IMG/VR virus record: IMGVR_UViG_3300037657_000263
Coordinates: 1-25,537 of that record
DNA length: 25,537 nt
Source of the DNA: a virus
Lineage: Duplodnaviria; Caudoviricetes
Strand: one strand, 5' to 3'
Both the position numbers and the translations under genes were made by a program. The notes beneath the pieces were generated by a model. That model saw nothing but the letters and a program-made list of their open reading frames with translations, did not search any database and was not told the origin of the DNA. Below are positions 1 to 8,645 of the stretch, in pieces. Position 1 is the first letter of the stretch. Every line of letters starts with the position of its first letter.

Positions 1-270
1 CTAAGCCACGAAACCTTTCCGTGCGTAGACCTCGTCAAGGGCTCTCGTCAGTAACTCAACCTCCGTTTCGAGCTTCGTGACCTTGTGCTCCAATTGCTCG
101 ATCCGCCGCTCATAGCCGTCGATCAGCACCCGTATCCGCGCATCAACGATAGCCGCGAGAGGCGCTTGGCGATTGATCAAGGCCGTCAGGATCGTGCCGA
201 CGATGCCGATCAATGCGCCGAGCCCGCCGGCGCCGACCGCCGTGCCCAAAATCCCGCTTGAATCCGACAC
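1..270 (-). CDS. Small membrane-anchored coiled-coil protein, possible holin/lysis-associated protein
   Basis: GTG start preceded by GGAGAAGGAA; N-terminal hydrophobic segment (GGLGALIGIVGTILTALI) then a heptad-like helix (YERRIEQLEHKVTKLETEVELL); distal position in the structural operon. Function inferred. Confidence 0.65.
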   Translation of the reverse strand: MSDSSGILGTAVGAGGLGALIGIVGTILTALINRQAPLAAIVDARIRVLIDGYERRIEQLEHKVTKLETEVELLTRALDEVYARKGFVA

Positions 271-460
271 TTCCTTCTCCGCAACGTTCGTTCCCCTGCA
301 CCCGGCTCATGCGGCTGCTCCATCGAAAGCGTAACAGCACGGCCGGCCGCCGTGCTCTGCAAAATCCCGATCAGACCGGCATTTCCACGGGCGTGATCCC
401 CGTCGCCCGAACGAGGTTGGGAGCAGCGGTCATGGCCGCTTGCTCGGTGATCGATGTTAT

Positions 461-643
461 TCAATGGCCCGTTGAAACAAGCAACAGCGCGCCGCACAGC
501 CAAGCCCCGGCCGCGCCGTAGGAGCCGCTCCAAAGGACAACGTCATTGTGGGTGGGCCGAGGGTCCGACATCGCGATGAAAGCCCCTGTTGACGCATAGA
601 CCACGATCCAGAATAGCGCCAAGAACGATTCAAGACACAGCAT
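461..643 (-). CDS. Small protein with two predicted transmembrane segments
   Basis: Strong SD AAGGAGG upstream of ATG 643; hydrophobic stretches FLALFWIVVYASTGAFIAM and VVLWSGSYGAAGAWLCGALLLV. Confidence 0.5.
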   Translation of the reverse strand: MLCLESFLALFWIVVYASTGAFIAMSDPRPTHNDVVLWSGSYGAAGAWLCGALLLVSTGH

Positions 644-645
644 AT

Positions 646-941
646 TCAGCCCTCCTTGAACGGTTCGGCACGCTTGAACTGCCGCGCCAAGACAAAGAGA
701 TGCCCGTCATCCCACTCAACAACCGCCGCATTCCGCCTGCGGCCTTCGAACGCCGAAACGCCGAAACGCCGTCCGTCTTGTTGAGGATACCAAAGAAAAC
801 ATTCATGAAAGCGCCTCCAAAAATAAACCCGCCAAGAGGCGGGCCAACGACGATAAGAATGGATTGAACGACCCCGACCGCGGAGGGTCGATCGCACGCG
901 AATGGGAACACATTCGGGCCATTCAGGCTCCGAATAGGCAT
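646..941 (-). pseudogene. Possible frameshifted small membrane protein gene (ORFs 630..941 and 646..948 joined at an 8-bp tandem repeat)
   Basis: ORF 630..941 has a hydrophobic segment (SILIVVGPPLGGFIFGGAFMNVFFGIL); both frames read GVSAF across the repeat at 749-771; AAGGA lies upstream. Confidence 0.3.
749..771. repeat. 8-bp tandem repeat (AACGCCGA) x about 2.9
   Basis: aacgccga aacgccga aacgccg read directly. Confidence 0.85.
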
Positions 942-1054
942 GCCGCATTTATCCTTGGGTTCAATTCAGATATCGAGGCGGGTGATCGGCATGTTCCGAA
1001 AAGCCGTGCGTGCGGCACATTAGGATATTTCACCCACAGACGGTCTCACACCGT

Positions 1055-3433
1055 TCACTGCTGCACACCAACATTTGAGAGATCGAAGGGAACAAATCCG
1101 AGCTTGAGCGCGGGGCTTGTCGGGCGGAGACTGAAGTCTCCCTCACCACGATTATGAAACTGCGGATCCGCGTCGATCAGCGAATGTCGATCATTGCCAT
1201 AGGAGGACCGCCACTGATCAAAGTTCGTCTTATCGGACCAGTTCGTTATTTTGGATCCATACTGGTAGTATAGATTATAGTCGGACACCTGCCTCCAGGC
1301 CCATTGAGGATTTGTGTTGTCCAACGTATTGGAATATGTCGATGGCCTGCATTTTCCGTCCGCCTCCCAGGCGACGATATTTCGGTGGAAATACATCCCG
1401 ATTTCGCTATTGGCAAAATCGCCTTTCCAATAATATGGGTAGAGTGGGAAATCCTTGACCCCACATTTGCGCTCCTTACCCCACCGCGTATAGAAGATGT
1501 TGTTATAAATTTTATGGTTGATGCCCTTGATCTGGAGAATGCGGCCATCAACCCCGTACACAAGGTTGTTTCTGATTGTAAGACCTGCCGATTCATCATC
1601 GAGATAAATGCCGACACCATCCTGTCGCCGCGGATGGAGCTTTATGTCGTGAATCTTGTTGAATTCGATGATTGTCCCGAGATTCGGGCCGTAATTATAG
1701 ATCGCGCCGAAATCGGCCATATAGGACGCGCCATTCAATCCCAGATCATAAATATGATTATAGGCGATATAGGCCTCCCCCGTCTCGTCATCGACGATAT
1801 TATGCCGCTTCAAAGGGTCGAGATAATCCGCGTCGACCTGCGAAAACCGCTTGGCAAAACTATTGATGATCCCCGAGCCAGGCCCGCCATGAATGATGTT
1901 GTGTGTGATTTTGTTACCGATACCCCGTCCGGTCAGGATCGCGGCCGTCGCATGGAGAATGATCCCGAAATCGCGGATATGGTTGTTGCTGAGGATATGA
2001 CCGCCGATATTTCCCGTTGAAGCGCTCGTCGTGTAGCCCGGCCCCCAACGATCCCGATTCCATGCGGGTTCATCCCCCGCGATGACGAAACAGGCGCCAA
2101 GATCAGACGCGGAACTCCTCGTGACGGAGAGGCTTCTTGTCTTGATCGCGACAATGCCGCATTCCCCAATATGCTCAAACGCGACCTTGTCGAATCCAAC
2201 CTCATTCGCCCCCCAGATCGTCACGGCACCGACCGGATCGAGATGCCAATTACTGATGGCGCCAATATATCCCGTCTTGAGGATATGCGAGTTGGAATGC
2301 GCGAATTTGATGGATCGAAATTTGATCCGGCCGGCCTTCGCGGTTGCATTGTCCGTGTAGGCGGATCCATTGGAGATCCTGACAAGCTCCTCGATCACTG
2401 GAGCAATGACGACCGAATCCTCCGGGGTCTCGTTTGGCCTTGGCACATAGGTCAGGATACCGGTCGCGCGGTCGAGATAATGCTCCCCGGGGCGATCGCT
2501 TGTGAGATCCTCATAGACATTCTCGCGGCGCCAAGCCGTCCCAACCGGAATCTGCGATTTAAGCACGTGGCTATTCAACGTCGCGGTCCTATTCGCCACG
2601 TCGATCGAAGCTATAGGAATAAGATTCCCATAAAATTCCTTGCTGTTGAGCTGGATCCGAACATCCGTAAGATTGGTCCAGCTTTCGTCAAGTTCACCCG
2701 AATTGAACCCGAAACGATTAGACCCATGGATACTATGCTGATCTCCGGGGTTGGACGGCCGCACGGGATCATCGACGAAGGGCGCCATCCCCGTGCCATC
2801 CACTTGCTGAGCAACGGAAAACCTCTCACTCCCAATCGGCGGATAGATCGGCCACCGGCTTCTTTCCGAGTTCACCCAAAGGTCGCCGAAATACCAGCTT
2901 CCCGCAGCTACTTCCGGTATGGCAAGTTTCCAGAACCCGGTTTGCGGATCGATTTCAAAGCCCTTGAGGACGCGTCCGCCGCTCACGATCGGGGCTTCGC
3001 CGGGATAGGCTTCATAGATGATCGATCGGCCTCGCCCCGGAGTGTCCTCCAAACCAAATTCGATCTTTTCATCGAGCCAATAGGTCCCACCACGGACCAA
3101 AACCCGCCAATCGCGCTCACGACCGCCCGGCTCGGCAAGTTGCAGCCTTAGCTTGTCCCGCACACCGTTGAGCGTCGCGCACGGACCGTCCGAGGCAAGC
3201 GTATTCGGCGCCGCGAGAGTGCAAGACCAGGAATCCCTTCCTTCTGGTGCAACGAAAAAATCGCCCTGGCTGAGGAGCCTCGCATCTGGAGGCGACGTGC
3301 GGTCATCGCCCCCGGCCAAACTAAGGTTCGCCGATATATTCGAGACCAACACAATTGCGAGAAACGCTCTAGGGCTCGCCATAAATTGCGTCATTGCACC
3401 CCGCCGCGCATGGTTCAATGGTTCGCCGGTCAA
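1055..3433 (-). CDS. Right-handed parallel beta-helix (pectin-lyase fold) glycan-active protein, GH141-like architecture, with putative signal peptide
   Basis: 792-aa ORF; FFVAPEGRDSWS...GPCATL, VLVRGGTYWL, YEAYPGEAPIVSGG, and Asn/Gly beta-helix repeats (ITHNIIHG, IAYNHIYD, DFGAIY, GIYLDDESAGLTIRNNLVY); C-terminal DPQF...GDFSLRPTSPALKLGF. True start may be ATG 3394 or 3382. Confidence 0.8.
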   Translation of the reverse strand: MTGEPLNHARRGAMTQFMASPRAFLAIVLVSNISANLSLAGGDDRTSPPDARLLSQGDFFVAPEGRDSWSCTLAAPNTLASDGPCATLNGVRDKLRLQLAEPGGRERDWRVLVRGGTYWLDEKIEFGLEDTPGRGRSIIYEAYPGEAPIVSGGRVLKGFEIDPQTGFWKLAIPEVAAGSWYFGDLWVNSERSRWPIYPPIGSERFSVAQQVDGTGMAPFVDDPVRPSNPGDQHSIHGSNRFGFNSGELDESWTNLTDVRIQLNSKEFYGNLIPIASIDVANRTATLNSHVLKSQIPVGTAWRRENVYEDLTSDRPGEHYLDRATGILTYVPRPNETPEDSVVIAPVIEELVRISNGSAYTDNATAKAGRIKFRSIKFAHSNSHILKTGYIGAISNWHLDPVGAVTIWGANEVGFDKVAFEHIGECGIVAIKTRSLSVTRSSASDLGACFVIAGDEPAWNRDRWGPGYTTSASTGNIGGHILSNNHIRDFGIILHATAAILTGRGIGNKITHNIIHGGPGSGIINSFAKRFSQVDADYLDPLKRHNIVDDETGEAYIAYNHIYDLGLNGASYMADFGAIYNYGPNLGTIIEFNKIHDIKLHPRRQDGVGIYLDDESAGLTIRNNLVYGVDGRILQIKGINHKIYNNIFYTRWGKERKCGVKDFPLYPYYWKGDFANSEIGMYFHRNIVAWEADGKCRPSTYSNTLDNTNPQWAWRQVSDYNLYYQYGSKITNWSDKTNFDQWRSSYGNDRHSLIDADPQFHNRGEGDFSLRPTSPALKLGFVPFDLSNVGVQQ

Positions 3434-3495
3434 TGCCTATGAGCTTCGATCCGGCCACTTCCCCGATTGAACCACGCTCCGGCGGCTGCATTATG

Positions 3496-4890
3496 TCAGA
3501 GCTTATTCGCGATGGCCGCGATCATTGCATCGGCTGCTCTATAGCCGAGGTGGAAATGCCCTGCCGGCGACGGATGCGTCACATCCGCTCCATTCGCACC
3601 CCCCGTATAAAGATCCGAATTGCCGTCTCCCGTCGGGGCACCAGTCCGACCGGTGCCAAAGACCCATGGATTATCCGTCGAACTACCCGTTCCCGTAACC
3701 GGCACAAAGAAAAGGTTCGGATCTCCGCTCATACGGGTTTGCACCACTGCTTGCAAACCATTCTCAAGCGCCTGGATGGTCGCAAGCGCAATATTGCCCT
3801 TGAATACGCCAAAGACAAAAATCGGAATCATCGGCATGCTGGCCCTGATCGCATCGAGGAGCAAGCCGACTTCCGCCTGAACGCTCGCCACGGACGACGC
3901 ATTGTCATTAATTCCCATGGCGAGGCCCACAATATCGGGATGTGGATCGATCACGTCCGAAATTCGTTCTCGGAGGGAAAATTTCGTGCCGCCGACATTA
4001 TTTAAATATCCGGTGCCGCCGCTGCCAGACGCCCACATGTCCTTGATTCCAAGACAATCAGCCAAGACGAAAGCCCAGCCGTCCGCGATGCGTGATGCCC
4101 CCACCCCCGCGGTGAACGAATCGCCGCCGATGACCATGCGCAAGCGGTCCGCGTTCGGCACAGCGTAGATGGAGTCGGTCGGGCCGACCCGCGCCTCCAA
4201 GAACGCGCTCGCAAGCTCTCCTTCGAGAACGATACGCCGAATCTTGCGTCCTCCAGCCGCCGAAAAGTCGAGGGAAATATAATAGGTCGACGTCCCTCCG
4301 GGCGGCATTGTCGCGGTGAGGCTGACATAACGACCATCGACCAGAAAGCGGAACGGCGTCGTCGCATTATTATTCACGGCAAAGCAAATCACGCTCGCGT
4401 CCGCCATGAATTCACATCGCCAGGCAACGCCATCGCGCGGCGGATCACTGAGGACATTGCCCGCTCCGGTCCCAAATCGCGAGACACACCAAGCTCGCGA
4501 AAAAGTCGTGAAATAGGGAACAACATTCCCGCCATAGAAAGCAAATGGCGTCGGGTTCGTTTGATACCGATAGGCTTTGCTCAGCGCGCCGGGGGCAGTG
4601 GTGCTTCCCGATATGTCCGGAGGAGAAGTCATGGCCGGCATCAAGTGCGGATTGTCAAATCGTGCCACCCTTGCCAGCCGTTTGAGCTTGCCATAGATTG
4701 TCTCTGAGCCCACATTCGCCGCCATCCCGGCCGGAGCGAGCTGAAGGCGCCACCCATTCGCCTCGAGCAGCGGCACATCGAATTTCAGCACCTCCACCGG
4801 GGCACCGGAAACGCTGGTATAGGTCCTTCCGTGGAAAGAAATCGTGCTTCGGCTGCCGTCGTCCGGGGGAACCATGAGGCTTATGGCCAT
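3496..4890 (-). CDS. SGNH/GDSL hydrolase (carbohydrate esterase-like) with N-terminal extension
   Basis: All four blocks present: GDSFTAG, SGGTGY, GIND, DVTHPS; SD AAAGGA upstream. Confidence 0.88.
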   Translation of the reverse strand: MAISLMVPPDDGSRSTISFHGRTYTSVSGAPVEVLKFDVPLLEANGWRLQLAPAGMAANVGSETIYGKLKRLARVARFDNPHLMPAMTSPPDISGSTTAPGALSKAYRYQTNPTPFAFYGGNVVPYFTTFSRAWCVSRFGTGAGNVLSDPPRDGVAWRCEFMADASVICFAVNNNATTPFRFLVDGRYVSLTATMPPGGTSTYYISLDFSAAGGRKIRRIVLEGELASAFLEARVGPTDSIYAVPNADRLRMVIGGDSFTAGVGASRIADGWAFVLADCLGIKDMWASGSGGTGYLNNVGGTKFSLRERISDVIDPHPDIVGLAMGINDNASSVASVQAEVGLLLDAIRASMPMIPIFVFGVFKGNIALATIQALENGLQAVVQTRMSGDPNLFFVPVTGTGSSTDNPWVFGTGRTGAPTGDGNSDLYTGGANGADVTHPSPAGHFHLGYRAADAMIAAIANKL

Positions 4891-4904
4891 GGCGTCATCC
4901 TTTC

Positions 4905-4932
4905 AATAAAAAACCCGGCACTTCGGCCGGGT
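4905..4932 (-). terminator. Rho-independent terminator-like hairpin just upstream of the SGNH gene
   Basis: Minus strand ACCCGGC-CGAAGT-GCCGGGT followed by TTTTTATT. Confidence 0.75.
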
Positions 4933-4964
4933 CGCATTCGCACCAAGAACAATGAATCGATCAC

Positions 4965-5537
4965 TCAGGATGTAGGTCCACCGCAAAGAAGATATTGAAT
5001 TGCAATCCGCACCGCGCCACCTGTAAAATCGGCGGGGCCTGTATCCGTGCCATTCCGGCCCGTTAATGTAATTGTCGATCCACTATACCATGCGGTCGGG
5101 CCGATAACCCCAACGTTGGTTGTGCCAAGACCCGACTCGATGCCCGACCCGAACTGGCCATTTGCCGTACCCGCCCCTCCGTTGGAACCTATCGTTGCGT
5201 CCACACGGAAGGATCCTGCGCCAGTAATCGCCTCGGTCACGCGAACTGACACCGCAAGAACGATGGAACGCTCGGGAATTTCAATCAATGAGCTGACGCT
5301 CGCTCCCGAAAGTTCCGACAGAAGTTCCTCGATCGATCCTATTTCAATCTTGGAGCCATGAGCCGCATTCGTCAAGAGACCCACAGGTCCCCCCGCCGGC
5401 GCCCAGCCTCCGGGCTGAACCCCATCGTGAACCTGGACACGATTGTTGGTCGTATCGACAATCAATTCGCCCACAGCTCCCGTGAAGGTCGCAAGGAACG
5501 ATGCCGCCTCACGGCGCCGTTTCACCTGTATGCTCAT
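4965..5537 (-). CDS. Short tail fibre/receptor-binding protein with Mtd_N (hyaluronate-lyase N-terminal-like) attachment domain
   Basis: N-terminus IQVKRRR...FTGAVGELIVDTTNNRVQVHDGVQPGG fits the Mtd_N motif; beta-rich C-terminus; ATGA overlap with the hub gene. Confidence 0.7.
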   Translation of the reverse strand: MSIQVKRRREAASFLATFTGAVGELIVDTTNNRVQVHDGVQPGGWAPAGGPVGLLTNAAHGSKIEIGSIEELLSELSGASVSSLIEIPERSIVLAVSVRVTEAITGAGSFRVDATIGSNGGAGTANGQFGSGIESGLGTTNVGVIGPTAWYSGSTITLTGRNGTDTGPADFTGGAVRIAIQYLLCGGPTS

Positions 5538-8158
5538 GCCGATGCCAATCCGAGGTCGATGATGGTGACATTCGACTCCGAGGCGAGCCCGAAGTCATCC
5601 GTGTTGATCGCGGCAGCGCTCGCGCCGCCATAATCGAGCGCCGTACCGAGCGCCAGCGCTTGTACGACTGGTCCCAGCCCCGCCCCTGTCCCTCTTGGAA
5701 CAAACGTATAGACCTTGCACGCCGCCAAATCCTGGAGCGCTTGACCGAATATGTTGAAGCTTTGGAATTTCAAGTATAGCATCGTCCCAACGTAGGCCGC
5801 AGGCAATGCGAACTTGAAGATGGCATCGTCTAGTCTGGCGAATCGTTCACCGGTAGTATGTGACACGTCGTGTGTCCCGTGCAGACCACGCATGAGGATG
5901 GTCAGATCGTAGCGCCTCGGCCCTGTCAAAGTCGCGACACTATAGGCGACCAGTTCGTCACCGACGAGAGAAAGCGTCAACCCTGCCTTTGCATCCGGTT
6001 CCGAAACTGACCCAAGCTCTCCCCCACTTTCCGTCAAATCGACGGCCAACACACCATTCATATCCGTCCCCGGCTCGCTGTGATGTTCGAGCGCCTCGGT
6101 CAGCGAACCATGACGGGCGGGTCTATCGACCCTCCCAATCTGACTAAAGGTGCCGTTATCCGTCGAGGCATGGATAAGACAGCCGCCCCAGAATGGATCT
6201 GCTTTCCCGGCAACAGCATCAGGAGGGATGGTATTGCTCGGCTCCACAGTCGCCCGATCTGCCTGCATTGGCATGGGAATCGCCGATGCGACACCGCCCC
6301 CCGAAGCAAAACCAGCCCCCCAAACATAGAGCCCTTCACCCAAAGCCCCAACATAGGATGTCGAACCATAGACATCTTTCAGGATGATCGAAACCCCCGG
6401 GGCGGCTGACGCCGTCATCATACATGTGATTGACAGGAGGTACCAAGGCCCACCTGCGACCTGCGCGATCGACGCGGCCGTGATCCCGGATGTTTCCCCC
6501 AGTGAGATACCGTCGACGAGATCGAAATCAACGCTTTGACTTGCCGACCCGTCATGAATCTTCAAACGGCAGGCATCGCGTTCACCGGCATGGAGATAGA
6601 CCGAGAATTGCACGAGCGTACCGATCTCCACCGGCGGCAAGTCGGCCCTTGCTTCGTGTGTACCTTCGGAATCATCTTCGGATAGCTTGTACGCCATTGT
6701 GATTCCGCCAGATACCGCGACCCAGATTTCGCGCAAACCGCCGGTTAATGACGCGGGAGGCTCAAAGATGACCGGCGCATTGACAAATGCGGGCGCGATA
6801 TTGTGGTCGAGCCCTCCACCCTTGCCGATCTCAACCGGATAGGCCTCCGCAGTCGCCGTGCCTCCCGGGAACTCCTCGGCCAGCACGTTCAAGGTCCCAT
6901 CATCATCTTCCTCAACGGAAAGGATCCGGACCGCCGCATGGTCCAAACCAAGCGCGGGATCTGTAAGGGTCACGATATCCATTGGCTCGAGGAGACAATA
7001 TTCGAATGAGAGCCGGAAAGCGTAAGTATTGCGGATATAAATCTCACGCTGCAAAATCAGCTGCGCGATTTTTTGCGCGATATAGGCATCACAGATTTCA
7101 TGAGCCGTTATCGTCGGTCCATCACGCCGCCCGTAGGCCTCGATGGCATTTTGATCCCATACAATGATGGGAGTCGCGTTGTAACCACCCCATCTGTACG
7201 AGATTTCGAGGGTCTGGAGATTGAACGCCGAATAGGGGTCCTTGCGCTCGATATGGATGGGATCGTCATCCGCGTCGCCGACAAAATCATCGTCGTTCAG
7301 ATGATAGGCTGGGGTAAGGTTCGGATCAAATACAACCGATCCGCCGGCGTAAAGACCGCCCGTGAGCGGAGCATCACCATAAGGTACGACCTTCAGCTTC
7401 CCCCCGGACCAGACCGCGGTCGCGTTCGTAAGCTTCAACCAGCGCGTCAGGATCGCGTTCGCCGATTCCTTGTTGGATAGCATCGGGGAAATCGCCAGCC
7501 CCGCGGCCCGGCAATAGGCTTGATACGACGCGCTTCCCGACGAACCGAAAAGCGTCGATGCATCGATAGACTCGGGTGGAAATTGCACGCCATACTGAGA
7601 ATTTATCAGAAAATCATAGATGACTTCCGCCGGATCCGCATCCCGGCCATTGACGACGGCCGTCCATGACTTGAGCCCATAAATCTCGAACTGTAGCGAT
7701 CCGATGCTCCCGCTTTGGCCAAGGTCATACCATCCTGATACGGTATAGGCCAAACCCCGATAAGGCAATGCCTCACCGGCATGGTCCACGCTCAAATAGC
7801 CCCAGGATTCTTGTGTCGTGCTTCCGTAGAACAGTCCGAGTTCAAGGCTCTCAAGCGTCGCAACACTTTGACCGTTCCAAATTGTACCGACGGACCCAAT
7901 TGGTCCCTCGCACAGCCCCATCGCAATCGCGGTACGATAATTATAGCCCGATAATGTCTTGCGGCCTCCCCCTTTCCCACCAGCCTTGGTATATTCCGGT
8001 ATCGCCTGAAAATCGCCGGTCCAGATAATGTTTGGGGCAACCTTATTGTTACCATACACAATCGCAATTGGAACCGCGTTGCTCGAGGTCTGGATCTGCA
8101 GGCCCGTTAGCTGCGGGACTTCCGCGGTCTTCGGGCCACGTGCGCGAAGAAAGCTCAT
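5534..8158 (-). CDS. Tail tip/hub protein (Phage-tail_3, RcGTA megatron-like, without the TIM barrel)
   Basis: VPIAIVYGNNKVAPNIIW, AMGLCEGPIGSVGTIW, LPYRGLAY, LLEPMDIVTL, and C-terminal GDELVAY...LMRGLHGT...HTTGERFARLD; follows NlpC/P60 with ATGA overlap. Confidence 0.85.
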   Translation of the reverse strand: MSFLRARGPKTAEVPQLTGLQIQTSSNAVPIAIVYGNNKVAPNIIWTGDFQAIPEYTKAGGKGGGRKTLSGYNYRTAIAMGLCEGPIGSVGTIWNGQSVATLESLELGLFYGSTTQESWGYLSVDHAGEALPYRGLAYTVSGWYDLGQSGSIGSLQFEIYGLKSWTAVVNGRDADPAEVIYDFLINSQYGVQFPPESIDASTLFGSSGSASYQAYCRAAGLAISPMLSNKESANAILTRWLKLTNATAVWSGGKLKVVPYGDAPLTGGLYAGGSVVFDPNLTPAYHLNDDDFVGDADDDPIHIERKDPYSAFNLQTLEISYRWGGYNATPIIVWDQNAIEAYGRRDGPTITAHEICDAYIAQKIAQLILQREIYIRNTYAFRLSFEYCLLEPMDIVTLTDPALGLDHAAVRILSVEEDDDGTLNVLAEEFPGGTATAEAYPVEIGKGGGLDHNIAPAFVNAPVIFEPPASLTGGLREIWVAVSGGITMAYKLSEDDSEGTHEARADLPPVEIGTLVQFSVYLHAGERDACRLKIHDGSASQSVDFDLVDGISLGETSGITAASIAQVAGGPWYLLSITCMMTASAAPGVSIILKDVYGSTSYVGALGEGLYVWGAGFASGGGVASAIPMPMQADRATVEPSNTIPPDAVAGKADPFWGGCLIHASTDNGTFSQIGRVDRPARHGSLTEALEHHSEPGTDMNGVLAVDLTESGGELGSVSEPDAKAGLTLSLVGDELVAYSVATLTGPRRYDLTILMRGLHGTHDVSHTTGERFARLDDAIFKFALPAAYVGTMLYLKFQSFNIFGQALQDLAACKVYTFVPRGTGAGLGPVVQALALGTALDYGGASAAAINTDDFGLASESNVTIIDLGLASA

Positions 8159-8640
8159 CTTCGGGGATCCTCCGCAACAGCGAAATCATTGTCCGCATGT
8201 CGTGAGTGGGAAAAATAGCGCGGTTTCCGGCAGGGATGGCAAAGAACCATGTTGTTCTCGACGGTTTCCTCGAAGACGACCCCTGCGGGCTGAAAGGCGT
8301 GGACGATCGCGAGCGGCATGATTTGCGTCACGATCGCGCCATGCGAATAGGTCCGCCCATAGCGGAAGACCATGACATCGCCCAGCATTGGCGAGCGCAC
8401 CTCCGTGCAATGCTCGAAGATGAAGCCGAGATATCGTTCTTCGGACCGATGCAGATGCCAATCATCCGGATAGGGTCGCGGATCGAAGGGCCTGCAAAGG
8501 CCGAGGTCGACGAATACTCGGACGAGTAACATCCCGCAGTCGACTCCGATTCCCGGCACATCCGCGCAGGAATGATAAGGCGTGCCGATCCATTTACGCG
8601 CCTCGGCAACGATACGCGCGCGCTGATCCACTTGGCTCAC
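8155..8640 (-). CDS. NlpC/P60 tail-associated cell-wall peptidase
   Basis: ARKWIGTPY...GVDCGML...GDVMVFRYGRTYSHGAIV...IVHA (Cys-His-His). Start set at in-frame GTG 8640 just after the upstream stop; the ORF track extends to 8721. Confidence 0.88.
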   Translation of the reverse strand: MSQVDQRARIVAEARKWIGTPYHSCADVPGIGVDCGMLLVRVFVDLGLCRPFDPRPYPDDWHLHRSEERYLGFIFEHCTEVRSPMLGDVMVFRYGRTYSHGAIVTQIMPLAIVHAFQPAGVVFEETVENNMVLCHPCRKPRYFSHSRHADNDFAVAEDPRR

Positions 8641-8645
8641 TATGA

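Noticed and set aside
2171-3151. Long plus-strand ORFs (also 1304..2020, 3394..4005, 12423..13118)
   Set aside because: Antisense shadows of well-supported genes in GC-rich DNA, with no motifs.
4965-5537. Diversity-generating retroelement suggested by the Mtd_N domain
   Set aside because: No reverse transcriptase and no template/variable repeat pair seen in the window.
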